Origin: Setoptus koraiensis | Taxonomy: Eukaryota; Animalia; Arthropoda | NCBI GenBank assembly: GCA_048013815.1 | Contig: CM106585.1 | Coordinates: 15,996,001 to 16,060,000 of the forward strand | Length of the DNA: 64,000 nucleotides | Direction: 5' to 3' | In this document: positions 12,676 to 24,276 of the stretch, one piece after another | How positions within the stretch are numbered: the stretch's first letter is position 1 | Layout: each line of letters begins with the position of its first letter | Program-made: the position numbers and the translations under genes | Notes under the pieces: model-generated | What the model was told of the DNA's origin: nothing | What the model saw: the letters and a program-made list of their open reading frames with translations, nothing else | Databases searched by the model: none

Positions 12676-14734
12676 TACTGTCAGCGTTAGTGGATAGTTC
12701 ACGGACTGGACAGAGACTGCAAAGGAGAGACTGCAACGTAGATGTGGATAGCGAGTGGCCAACGATGCGTGGATACACCCGTTGACCACTCGACGTAATG
12801 CATCGGCGAACGGCCGACACCGACAAACGCAATCGCTGGTGCCCTATGACCATGTGATTGCTGCCCGATGTTAATTGTGCCGCTAATGGTTTGCATTATT
12901 GCGTCACAATTGATGGACAGCACTCACAAGTAGTGGTCAGTGGCTGCGTCCATTTGGTCAAACGAATTGCAGATTTGGCCGTCGCTTGCAAGTTGCAATG
13001 ACACACACACAAGATTTTTCTGTCTGGATTTGTCTTTGGCCGCAGTGAGAAACTTTTCACTGAAAAGTGAGTGACTTTTTCCGAGAGAGAAAAAGTTTTG
13101 TTCCCTGTCGTAGCAGCGTCCATGGGCAGCCAACGAATCCACTGCAAATCCATTGCGCGCTGACTCGTTCCGAGGTTCTCAAGTTGTTCATTCGAAAAGA
13201 TAAAAAATAAAAAGTCGCATCCTTTTGCCGGCCCGATCATCGACAATATCCGCTATTAATAGCTCATTACTGGCGGCGCATCAGCATAAATTGCCCATTG
13301 GCTGTGTTCGCCGTGATTTGGCTCAAATCATCATTTGAGTGATTCCGATCACTCTTAAACGCAGCATTTGTGCAACGACACGACACGACACACAACGCAA
13401 ATCTATTATCATAATAATAGTTTGATATGTACATGTGTAAGTCTTGTACAGCGCCGTAACAGTTGTAAGCGATTCTTACCTGTGTGGTGCAATATGCTCC
13501 CGATGATGCATCGGCCCATCTTGTGCACCTCGTTGCACCTCCTTGCATCTCATTGCGGCTCCTTGCATCCTCTTGCCGCCGCTGCTGCTGCCGCTGCATC
13601 ATTTGGCACAACTTAACAGCTTGCCGTGGTTGCACCACGGCAAGCTGTTGAAGAGACGGCATGATCGTGCAAAACGTGACGCCAGCAAACGAAAAAACGT
13701 TTGGTCAAGTTCATTTGTTGCATAACTTAAATAAACATAACACTTCGAGTCGTGCAATTGCGTCATGTTTTAACTGTGTGCGCTGTGTCCATTGACCCGT
13801 AGCTGACATGCGATGTCTAACTGGGTCTGGCCGGACCGGCCTGTTACAGCTACACTTACAGCCTGTAAGTTACAGGTGAGTGTAATTAGGCAAATGCAGC
13901 GATCGCTCACTGCACAAAATCCACTCAATTGCGAGCTGGATAATTGTTCTTGTGTCCAGCTTGGCCCTCAAAGTTGCCGCCCAACACTTGCGCCGACCTA
14001 ATGCATCCTTCAAGTTGACCGTTGCATCGGCTGCATCGGTCGCGTCGGCTGCACCGGCTGCAACGGTTCCGTTGGGCACTGAAAGACGGGAGAGTCGCAA
14101 ACAAACAACACGATGGGTCTCGCTCCCATTGGGCTCGCTGCGATGCGATGTAGCGCAACGATTCAAACACTGGCAACTCACTCTCAGCTGATCCGTTGAT
14201 CCGTTGATCAGCCACTAACTGCAGCTATTGCGCAACTTGCAAACCCTTTACCCGGCCTCAATTCATTCATCATTCCGTCCGGCCCGCAACAGGTGCTTTT
14301 GCCTGTTCGTGGTGCCCACAGCATGAAAACGAGTGACTGGCGGCATTGCGAGCTGCCCCTAATGTCTGGACGCGGCAACAGCTGATTCGTTAATTTGTTT
14401 GTTTATCCACTGGCACATCGACATCGTCGTGCTGTCGTCTGCAGCGAGATGTTGCCCCAAAGAGGCGCACAACGGACCCTGGTGCATCATTTATAAATGG
14501 TGCATCATATCACGATGCACCATTTATATCATTTGCACCATTCATGCGAGTCAACTAGCGTCAATTAAACATGGGCTAAATGTCAGCTGAGTGTCAGTTA
14601 AATGTCAGCTGCATAAAAGTGATATCATGCTGGCGCGACAGTGTTGCGGCGCCCACCACAAATATTAGTCAGTTTATGACGCAACCATTAAACATTTATC
14701 GAGCGGCTGCCATGACTGGCCAGTTGGGCACTCA

Positions 14735-14795
14735 CAGTGTGACAGCGCAACAGTGACAGTGTGACGGCGCAACAGTGACAGTGTGACGCAACTGA
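14735..14795. repeat. 22-bp tandem repeat x~2.5
   Basis: acagtgtgacagcgcaacagtg / acagtgtgacggcgcaacagtg / acagtgtgacgc. Confidence 0.75.
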
Positions 14796-15587
14796 CGGAC
14801 GGTGGTGACTCGCAGCGGACAGGAGAGGAAACGGCCAACAAGAGAGGCAAGTGGAATAGGTCAGTCATTCACTGGCGCTTGTTGCTTGCGCAACAACCAT
14901 GATGTATGAGGACCATTCTCGAAGAGCCGTCGCCATTGAGCAAGTCTGCTGACCAGCCGACAGCGGCCGTGTCATTGTTGTTGTGTTCGTCGCGTTTATT
15001 TTAATTAATTTTAATACTAATAATAACAAGCAGTGGCAATAGGTGACAATATAATAACTGTTGGCCTAATTACGCCGGACAGGCAGTTAACAAGACCAGT
15101 GGCTCAAGTGTTGGCCTAGTTGAGTAGTTTATAGTCGTTGTCTCAATTTGCTCGATTTGCGAGACAGAGAGCCCCGCTGTCAGTTTTTGCGCAGACAGTT
15201 GTCGCGGCGATGGCATGCAAAAGCGCCATTTGATTTGAATAAAACAAAATCAAAGCAACACTTGATATGATGCATTTCAGTTTGAGATTACATTGAGTAA
15301 ACAGAGACACAGTTGCGCATTCTCACAATAAATTCTATTATACTAATGGGCTGCGTCATTAGCCGCTAAAAATGGTAAAGTGTCGTCATAATTGCTTGAT
15401 TTTGTCCCGTTAGTCGCAGTCGAGTTAATTGTGTTTGCAGCCGCTTCGCCCGGACACTTTGGCCGCTATTCACAGAATTGCGCAACCAGCAGCGCCCCGT
15501 TGGCTAATAGTAAAACGAACACGATCGGACCGTTAATCGGTGACCGGCCCATTGGCCGCCAGCGGCCGACCGGGCAACCGTTGGCGG

Positions 15588-18500
15588 CTAACGGCGCCTA
15601 GTGACGGTGCTGCTGTCGTATCGCTTGGCCTGAGTTTTGGGCCTGACCCGCTGGAATGTGGCCGATTTTCTCAACGTTGGCCCCATGTCCAGGCCGTCGG
15701 CTCGCAAAACATGGTTGTTGTGGTTGTTGCTGTTGTGGTTGCTGCTGTTGTTGTTCAGACTGTCCGTGTCGCCGGAATAGTCGGGCGTGGAATTGGGGTA
15801 AGCGTTTGCGTGACTAGCTGATCTGATTACTGTGCCCACCGACAGGACACTGTCCGCGTCAGATATGACAACTTCCGGTTGCGCATTATTCGTTTTCAAG
15901 ACTGCTGCATCGTCTGCTGCATGGGAGGTGCCATTGTTGTTGTAGTTGTTGCTGTTGTTGTTGTTGTTGTTGTTGTTGTTGCTGTTGTTGTTGTTGTTTG
16001 CTGTTGGCGTGTGCAGCTCGTCGCGATCATCACAGGTTGCTGTATCAATGAGCACTCTGGTCAGAAGACTCCAAGTTTTCGCATTGATTTTATCACAATA
16101 CATTGGATTTTGGCGCAATTTTCTGCTTATCCGGCCCAAAGTTGTACATTCGACAATGAACGAGCGAAAATTCTCGTCCGAAGTGAGCAGCTTGTGCAAC
16201 TGCCGACGCTGCCCGACATCCAATTCGTTTATGGCCGATCTGTAGCGCGACATTCGCGGCCTGCTCTCGTACACAATCTCGTGTTGGGCCCCATCGGCGC
16301 TGTTTCTGACATTGATTGTGTCCGCTTCGCTTGGCTCTCTGAGTATTTTGTGATGCTCTATGATTGTTTCGTCGAATATGTCCACAATAGTTTGTAATCG
16401 CTTAAATTGTTCTGGACTTGTCAGCGTGGGCCTCATCGACACAAACGGCACATCGTCTTCGCAAACGGACACGCCATCTATGGCGGCCAACTGAGGCTGC
16501 TTCCGCTGATCAGCCTGATCAGCTGTCTGCACCATGCAACCGGTGCCGCCACCATTGTGCGTCGCCTCTAGGCTCGTAGTGTCGAATGTGGCCTCATTTC
16601 CGGTTCCGGTGGCGAAATTCCACCACTCAGATCCTGAGATGGCAGTGGGAATCAACGGTTGCAATTTATTATTGTGAGCGCCTCGCGTAAACGTGTTGTA
16701 ATGTTGCGATTGTGGCTGCGGCTGATGTAATGCCCCTGCCGCCGCTGGCGCCCTCTTTCTTTCACAGGTAGTAGTAATTATTTCGTCTATCTCATCTATT
16801 CTAGTTGTGTAAGTGTCCTCAATGTTTTTAATTGTATATTTTGGCGCCGACACAACAACAATATCCGGTTGCTGTAATTTGTGATGATGACGCAATATGT
16901 GCACATTGGTTGTGTCTGCCTTATTGACAATAATTGTTTCGTCAGTGGTTGTTGTTGTTGTCAGTGTGGGCCGATGTTGCTGTTGTTTGTTCAATTTGCT
17001 GCCCCTAGGCGGCTTGACCACTGGATCGCCCGCCTTGCTGAATGCCGCCGCCGCCGCCGATCTATTGAGCGTCGACAGGTGATTGGTGGCAACATCGGCG
17101 ATTGATTTTGTGTCAACAAACGAATCGTAGACAGTTTGTGCCGTTACACTGGGCGGAATAGGAACTTTGGGCTCTGTAATCACGTCGTGATTGAGGCGAC
17201 GAGTGGCCTGTCGCTTGGCGGCCACCGCGCCAAAGCTGAGGCCCAGCAACAGCAGTGTGAGAAACAGCAGGCCGGCCAGTATGAACAGCGGGTCGAAATT
17301 GGTCAGTTTGGCCGGCTCGGGCGCGCCTTCGAGGCTGCGTGTTTTCGCACAGGTAAACGTGAAATATCCGGATTTCGGCACAGGTAAACATGAAATATCC
17401 GGATTTTGGAAAAACGGAGTGGGGAGATGGGAGACGCAACGGTTAGGGCACTGGAAACGGATTTTTGGCATCGTTCGATTCAAGCGATCGCTCGAAAGCG
17501 TAATCGCTCACAAGAATTGCTCAGAGATGTGGAGTTTAATTAAAAATTCGATGGGGCAGAGGCCCGGCATTTTGGCATCGCCGTGGGCAATTTGTTACTC
17601 ACATTCGCTCGGGCAGCACCTGCTGGGCGGGCGGCGGGGCCAGCGGCGGCGGGTAGCGGCACACGACCGTCTTGACCTCGTCCTCGTCCAGCTCTAGCGA
17701 CCGATGAAACCTGATGAGGATATTGTTCAAGAATAAGCGCGGGGCCTCTTGTTTGGTGCCGCAGCCGCGCAGGGGCAGCCGCAGCTCGTAGTGGCGCAGG
17801 CCGTCGCCCAGCAATTTGCAGGGCGTAGAGCGGTCGTGATTGGCGTACACTATGCCCCGGAAGGGCTCGCTGAAGTTCAATTTGATGAGCATGTCGCCTG
17901 TTTCGCAGGTGAGAAAGGCGCGCGTTTTGTTGGTCACCATCACCGATTCGAGCAGATTTTCGTGCGCGTGCCTCACAATGTCCAGCGTGCGCTGTCGCTC
18001 TCGTTCCTCTTGGTCGTCGGGTTGGTCGGGCCAGCGGCCCGGCAGCAGCAGCGACTTGCCCGATTTGGGCGCCCCCCTGCTGTTGTTGTACAAGCTACTG
18101 AATGTGCGTGATTGGTGTGCATTTCGGGCGTTGCTGTTATTGTTTTCAACTGTTGTTGGCCCCGCGCCGTCATTGTGTGGCGATTGGGCGCGCGAATCGG
18201 GGTCCGCCGTGGTCACAACGGCTTCGAATGGCAGTGCCGAGATTTGGTGAGCGCGCTGGCGCGGCTCGGAACTGGCCGCCGGGACCCGGTAGGCCAGCGT
18301 GACGGGTTGGCGAGGCTGATAGGGGCTGGGGGCGCCGGCGGCAAACTGACGCTGATGAGACGCATTGTAGGCCGATGATATATTCTGATAACTTATGACG
18401 GGCGGCAAAATGCTGATAACTGTCGTGTAGGGGGCCGCCAGCCGGAATTCGGCCCGATTTTGCTGCTGCTGTTGTTGTTGTTGTTGCTGTTGCTGCTGCT

Positions 18501-18996
18501 GTTGTTGCTGCTGTTGTTGTTGCTGTTGTTGTTGCTGCGACTCGACCGCTTGCAGGTCTTCCACGGGCGAATCGATGTAGGGCGACACCGAGTTGACCTC
18601 GGACACTAGGTCCACTTCGCTGTTGCTGATATCGGCTTTTCCGCGTTGCGTCGTTGCGTCGCCCCTGTCGGCATCGTCGGATATCTCGTTGGACGGCAGA
18701 GCGGTTGTTGGGGCTGTTGTTGGCGAAATTTCAGTTGCGGCGCAACCGGAAAATTGGATCAGAATCATGATGAGACAAATGTAACTAGACAGGTGAAACT
18801 TGGCTCGGCAACGCAAACTAATTTCGCTGCCGCTCGGTCGGCTGTCGACAAACCTGCGGCAGCAATTGTAACAATTATGGGGGCGACAATAGCGACTATG
18901 ACAGTTATCACAGTTTGCACAGCGGGACACCCGCATGGGGCCGCCGCTGGGGCGCATCTTGACGCGCGTCTTGACAAATTTGAATTGATTCAGCAT
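15588..18996 (-). CDS. pot: Papillote-like ZP-N domain single-pass membrane protein (~1,046 aa)
   Basis: Exons 17603-18996 and 15588-17334; phase-2 GT-AG intron 17335-17602 (GTGAGT...ACGCAG). Hydrophobic signal-like segment YICLIMILIQFSGCAA; ZP-N-like TCETGDMLIKLNFSEPFRGIVYAN...LPLRGCGT...KTVVCRYPPP; TM segment LFILAGLLFLTLLLLGLSFGAVAA. The cytoplasmic segment LLTSDENFRSFIVECTT...TWSLLTRVL resembles the papillote tail motif as I recall it. ZP call is strong; the orthology is moderate. Confidence 0.8.
17347..17408. repeat. 31-bp tandem duplication inside the pot-like intron, next to the 3' splice site
   Basis: gcacaggtaaacgtgaaatatccggatttcg / gcacaggtaaacatgaaatatccggattttg. Confidence 0.85.
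18460..18537 (-). repeat. Poly-Gln tract (26 Q, mixed CAA/CAG)
   Basis: Direct translation in the pot-like exon 1. Confidence 0.95.
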
Positions 18997-19170
18997 CGTT
19001 GTTTAGATGATGATGAGGCACTTGTTGTTGCTGGCTGCTTGTGGCGCTGACATTTTCTAGCCACTACTTTGACTACATTGTTGGTGTATATGCTGCTCAT
19101 AAATCATATGTTATAAATTATAAAATTACAGTTACAATTCTTTCCGATCTGAGCCAGTTTGCTTCGAGGA

Positions 19171-19250
19171 ATTTTTTTCGTTGTTGTTCGGTCTTTTTCG
19201 TTGTTGTTCGGTCTTTTTCGTTGTTGTTCGGTCTTTCTCGTTGTTGTTCA
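19171..19250. repeat. 20-bp tandem repeat x~3.5 with TTCG every 10 bp
   Basis: ttgttgttcg gtctttttcg repeated. Confidence 0.9.
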
Positions 19251-20340
19251 ATCGGACGGACGACAAACGATGCAACGGCCAATGATTGTCTCAAGTTGTC
19301 AGACTGCGCGCGAATAGGGCTGGTTTGAAAAAAAGCTGGTCTCGATTTGTCCGTTGATCGGATTCAAAATCTGAATCATTATCGCTTTGGGTTTATTATC
19401 ATTTGTTGTTATTACTATTATCGTTGTTGTTATCAGCGCCGACCATTGGCAGTGAGCAGGTGTTTGCCGAAATCATTGCCGTTATCATACGAGCAAAACA
19501 GCGAGATAGCGAGATGTCGGCGAGCGCTGCCAAGTGATTCTTGGTTGTGATTGTTGATATTGATTACAAGTTAATAATAATAATAATAACTTAGCTATTG
19601 CTTGCGGTTAAAAATAAGCAATTGAACTAATTGCTTTCGCTTTCGCTCTCGCAATCGTCTCTTGTCCACTAACGGCCTGATAGGTGCAGTTATCAAAGTT
19701 TTATAATCAAACGGCTAAATTAGCAGCACTAATGAATGATCGGCGCACAATTTGGTAATTGTGTCTCAATGAATACTGGCTAGCTACAATATTATTAGGT
19801 CACTCGACAATTGGGCAACAGGTTGCAAGACGATTGCAGACAATATACATTGTGGATATTATATATATATATATATATTATGATTGTTGTTGTTGTTGTC
19901 AGTGGCGACATTGAGTGTCGGGCGTTGCTTGACGTTGCTCACTGACCTTAACGAGCGGGATGATGACGTCGGGTGGGCGCCCGACGGCAATTGCACAAAC
20001 AATTGCTGTCTGTCGAGCGGCTCGAGATGCTGATTTTGGGAGCACTTGTATTATTTTATTTTTATTCACTCACTGCTATTTCTATACTGTTATTCTATTT
20101 GGCAGTTTCGAGTCATCGCTCGCTCAATTATTTGTTGTCTGGCAAGCGCGGTCTAATTAACAATCAACACGTGGTTTGTTGTTGGCATTTGCATTAAATT
20201 GTGGCACTGTAACAAATTGTTGCACTTGATCCAATAAACGGCTTGGCGGTTACGGTTAAAACAATGCGATATGGACATTGTGACGTTATTTGTTCGCCTA
20301 TTCGGCTATTTGGACATGGCATAACTGATGGCCCACACTA

Positions 20341-20429
20341 ATTGGACTGCTCTGGTTGGACTGCTCTGGTTGGACTGCTCTGGTTGGACTGCTCTGATTG
20401 GACTACACTGATTGGACTATGCTGATTGG
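20341..20429. repeat. 14-bp tandem repeat x6
   Basis: ttggactgctctgg x3, ttggactgctctga, ttggactacactga, ttggactatgctga. Confidence 0.9.
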
Positions 20430-20605
20430 GGTGGCGAAAGCGTCTCGATGTCGCTGAGATGGATGCACTGCAACCATTTGGCTTTGTGTGTCGCTGGCTG
20501 GCTGGCTGTTGTCCAATCAACAACAACTCTAGCCAACTGCACACTTTACGGTCTACAGGGGGCAAGTATGTCCACCAGGTGAGCACCTGAGCACGTTGCC
20601 GTCAC

Positions 20606-20612
20606 ACTCACC
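20606..20612 (-). other. Probable donor of a non-coding 5' exon of the pot-like gene
   Basis: Perfect CAG|GTGAGT on the minus strand, 1.6 kb upstream of the first ATG; matching acceptor not identified. Confidence 0.45.
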
Positions 20613-21756
20613 TGAGCTGTGAAATGTTAATAGTGAAATGTGAATAGCAAACGAGCCGCAAACAAAGAGCCAGAGCGAGAGTTAACCTTCAAAAGTTATA
20701 TCAACTACACCCAATCAATAACAATGAATGATTTTAGACAACGCAAACAAGCAACAACAACGTCGCACACCGCAGATGAGAACGTGTCAGTTAGTTGGCG
20801 GCGTTTTAAACAATCGTCAGACAGTCGCAAGTCGTGTCGAGGGATATTGTTTGCTGTTGTTGTTGTTGTTGTTGTCGCAAACAACAACAGCCGATAATAG
20901 CTGGCTACGGTGTTATCTTTGGGGTTGATGATATTGCAACGTAATGCAATATTTGGCAGCATCTACGACCATATTCGCAGCGACACCAACAGCAGCAACA
21001 GCGACACTCGTCGCTGCCGCCGATGATATCTGGCCAGCTTTGTGCTGGCAACAATTGTTTGCTGTTGTCGTTACTCTGGCGAGACTAACTGTGGCCATTG
21101 TTGTTTCCTTTGCGGAGGCGGCACTCGCACTATTGTGGCCATTGCCCTGACAAGATGGCAAGATGGCGAGACGGCAAGACGGCGAGCTGGCGGCAGGTGA
21201 AAAAAGGATCGGCCAACAGTGAGACTGGGTGCTGCTAGACGTGCAAACATAATTCATTCACAGTTACGAGCGGCTTCATTACCGTTTCTTGATTTTTCTC
21301 TTTTCTCTTCCATGAGCAAATGTTGCAAAAAACTTTCGCCTACTGTCGAAAGGCAAACAGAACGAAAAGTGAGCAACGAAGAACGAAAAATGAAAAACGC
21401 AAACAATTTCACTAAAACACAGGGACATTGCAAGGGGAATCACCGTTGGCACCGTTACAACGAACCCAAACACTCACTAACATGATCATCACGGGCCCTT
21501 GTCGCTGTATCATTTATCCGCCGCAACAACAACAGTGGCCACGATATCGCATCATAAATGAATTGCCTTTGTGCCTTTGCATTGTGCAAGCCACTCGTTG
21601 ATCGTCAATTAATCAATTAGTCGTCTAGACACTGCTGACGAAACGCAGTCACCAAAGCAGCGAGTGGTCGGCACATTGACTCGGCACTTCACGGCCAAGC
21701 TCGGCCGGCCACTGCGACCAGCAATTGAAGCGGCTATTTTCGGAAATTTTTCCCTA

Positions 21757-21870
21757 TTTCGTTTTTCGGTTTTTCATATTTTCGGCTTTCCGGTTTTTCA
21801 GTTTTCCGGTTTTTCGGTTTTTCAGTTTTCCGGTTTTTCGGTTTTCCATTTTTCCATTTTTCCATATTTT
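21757..21870. repeat. T-tract repeat with 8-9-bp units (TTTTCCGGT/TTTTCAG/TTTTCGG)
   Basis: ttttccggtttttcagttttccggtttttcggtttttcagttttccgg. Confidence 0.85.
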
Positions 21871-24276
21871 CAATTGAGACGAATTGAAATGATGAGATTT
21901 TTGTTGCCTTCGTGAGCGTGTACAACATGCGAGCGCAAGCACAAACCTTCTTTTTGAGATCTTTTTTTTTGCACGAGAAATCCGTGCTGAAAATGTGTCA
22001 TAATCGATTCTTGAAGCCCGGCCGGTGATTTTGGTGGCAACGTGCGCACTTTGTTTATCCGACAGCCTAGTCAGCTTAGTTACGCGATCAATTAGTTTCG
22101 AGTAAACAAAATGGTCGCTTTGTCAAAACATCGGCGGCCATGGTCGCGAGCCGGCAATAAATCTTGAAATTGGCGTCGACAATAACGATAACACTAGGAC
22201 GGTTTGTAGGGGGCGGACGAAGTAGCAGGTAGCACGCCAAGTGGACCGACCACTGGCCTGGACAGTGTGCCAGTGTAAGATTTAAAAGTTTGATAATATC
22301 GGCGACACTAATTAAGTGCTTTTCAAATTCATTAGCATAATCACATGGCAACTAATTTTCGAGGCACAAATCTCGTCCCATTGCGCAATCCGCCGGCATT
22401 GGGCATGATTTTAACTTGATACTATGGAATCAAATTGGAATATATATATTTTATTAGTGTATTTTTATCACTGCAAACTCACTACTTGCTCACACGCAGC
22501 ATGGTCGCCAATGGCGCTTACTTAGAGCCACAGGATGTTTATCAATTATTGTGCCAATTATCTATTTATCTTTTTATCCTTATCACGTACGAATATGTGC
22601 CATTGGTGTTGGTGACCAACAATTCGTTCGATCTATTCGTTGCTACCTGTACGAACACAATACCATCAGTGCTTCTCTATATAACTTGTTATGTAAGCTT
22701 GATTAATCGACTCGATAAATCAGCGTAAATCAATATAATGAAACCACAGGTCGGTGAGTGCAGTTGCTAGGCACTCATTCGGCAATGTTCAATTAACTAG
22801 TTTTACTCAACTACTGGACTAGTCACAAGGTGACACAAGGTGGCGACTTTGCGGCTAGTAGATACCTGTTGTCTTAGCAACAACAAAAGTTATCTCTGCT
22901 CGGCGTGGGCGCTTTCTCACATATTCGTTACCTGGTCAGCAATGTCATGGCCAAGAATTTTCCTTTTCGACTAACTTTAGAAAGAAGCTCGTTCTTTCTC
23001 TGTGCGTTAGCTGGTGTAAATCTGATCACGATTCTCTAGAAAAATCTCTACGATGAATGAATGGCTCAAGTCGCCGGCTTAAAGTCAATTTCATCTCAAT
23101 ACAAATGATCATGGGTGTTGTTTGTGGCAAAGCGCGAGACAAGTTTGAGCTAAACTGCATTTCAACTTGTGCCAGTGTGATTAAATGAGAATTAATTAAT
23201 ACTTTTTAATTCTTATGACTCAAACTAATATATTGACCGTAGAATAAACACATCTTTGGCGCACACTACGCAAACTGTGATAGCAAGAAGTAGCAAATAA
23301 TAATCGCCAGACGCAAAAAATCGGCTCGTTTTATCCGCTCTTCTGCTTCTAGTCATTAGTGTCTAGGAGTGTCTCATAAAATCAAAAAAGCCGGCCAATG
23401 AGCAATCGTAATATCTCTCCACCGTATATTTTGCAGCAGACTCAAGCAACTTGTTGTTGCTAAGTGCCCTAACAAGTGATATGGAAATGAAAGGGAGAGT
23501 ATGCCTTACATTAGTTTGTCTATGTCCTGCAAAGTTCAATGGCATCCGAGATGCAAATCTTTCTCTCTCTACCTGTGCAGTAAAGATGGCAAAGAAAAGA
23601 AATTGTTGTATGGAGTATTGCTGCAAATTACGGCGGAACACATTTAGAAGCGTGCTGGCAAATGATGCTGCTGCTACAGTGTAGTGTAAGCCACTAATAA
23701 ACTATGATAGATCTTGTTTGTGATAGTCCTCCCACAAGTCAACAGGTTTTGGTAGTTCCTTCCTGCCCAATGCCTATAAACTGAAATTATCACCACTATT
23801 TTGAACAGGTGATCGCTCACTGTATCGCAGTGCTATTCGCTATATCGGACAGAGAAAACTTGGTACGTTTGTTCGTTTGTTTGTTCATTTGTTTCGCAAC
23901 AAATGAGTTTAGTCTGGTGGTTTCTCGCTCGCTTCGAAATTTCGACTAGTATAAGAACGCCTGACATCAAAGAACTATTCTCATATGAAACATTGGCGAG
24001 GAACTTCCCTAGTGACACAAAGCACCAATAAAACAAAAAGTATCCAGGTAAGTTGCCACTTGTGACGGCGCGTATTTTGCTGAGTGTTACGCTAGTATCA
24101 GGCTGATTTTGAGTTTATTTTACTAGAGTTCCACATCTAGAGTTCAATCATATTATCGCGACAGTTTTTTCCACTATCACACATTATCACATATTATCAT
24201 TATCATTATTATTAATATTATTGTTATTGTCATTGTATTCGCACGTAGTCCGACCGACCATAAAGAACGCGCAATC

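Noticed and set aside
14074-14135. TGAAAGAC miR-71-like seed
   Set aside because: Only the seed matches, and no complementary 3' arm forms a pre-miRNA hairpin. The same applies to bantam-like (8978) and miR-8-like (31969) seeds.
20341-20429. Short direct-repeat arrays (also 9461, 12544, 19171) as CRISPR-like
   Set aside because: Contiguous tandem units with no unique spacers, in a eukaryotic context with no cas genes.
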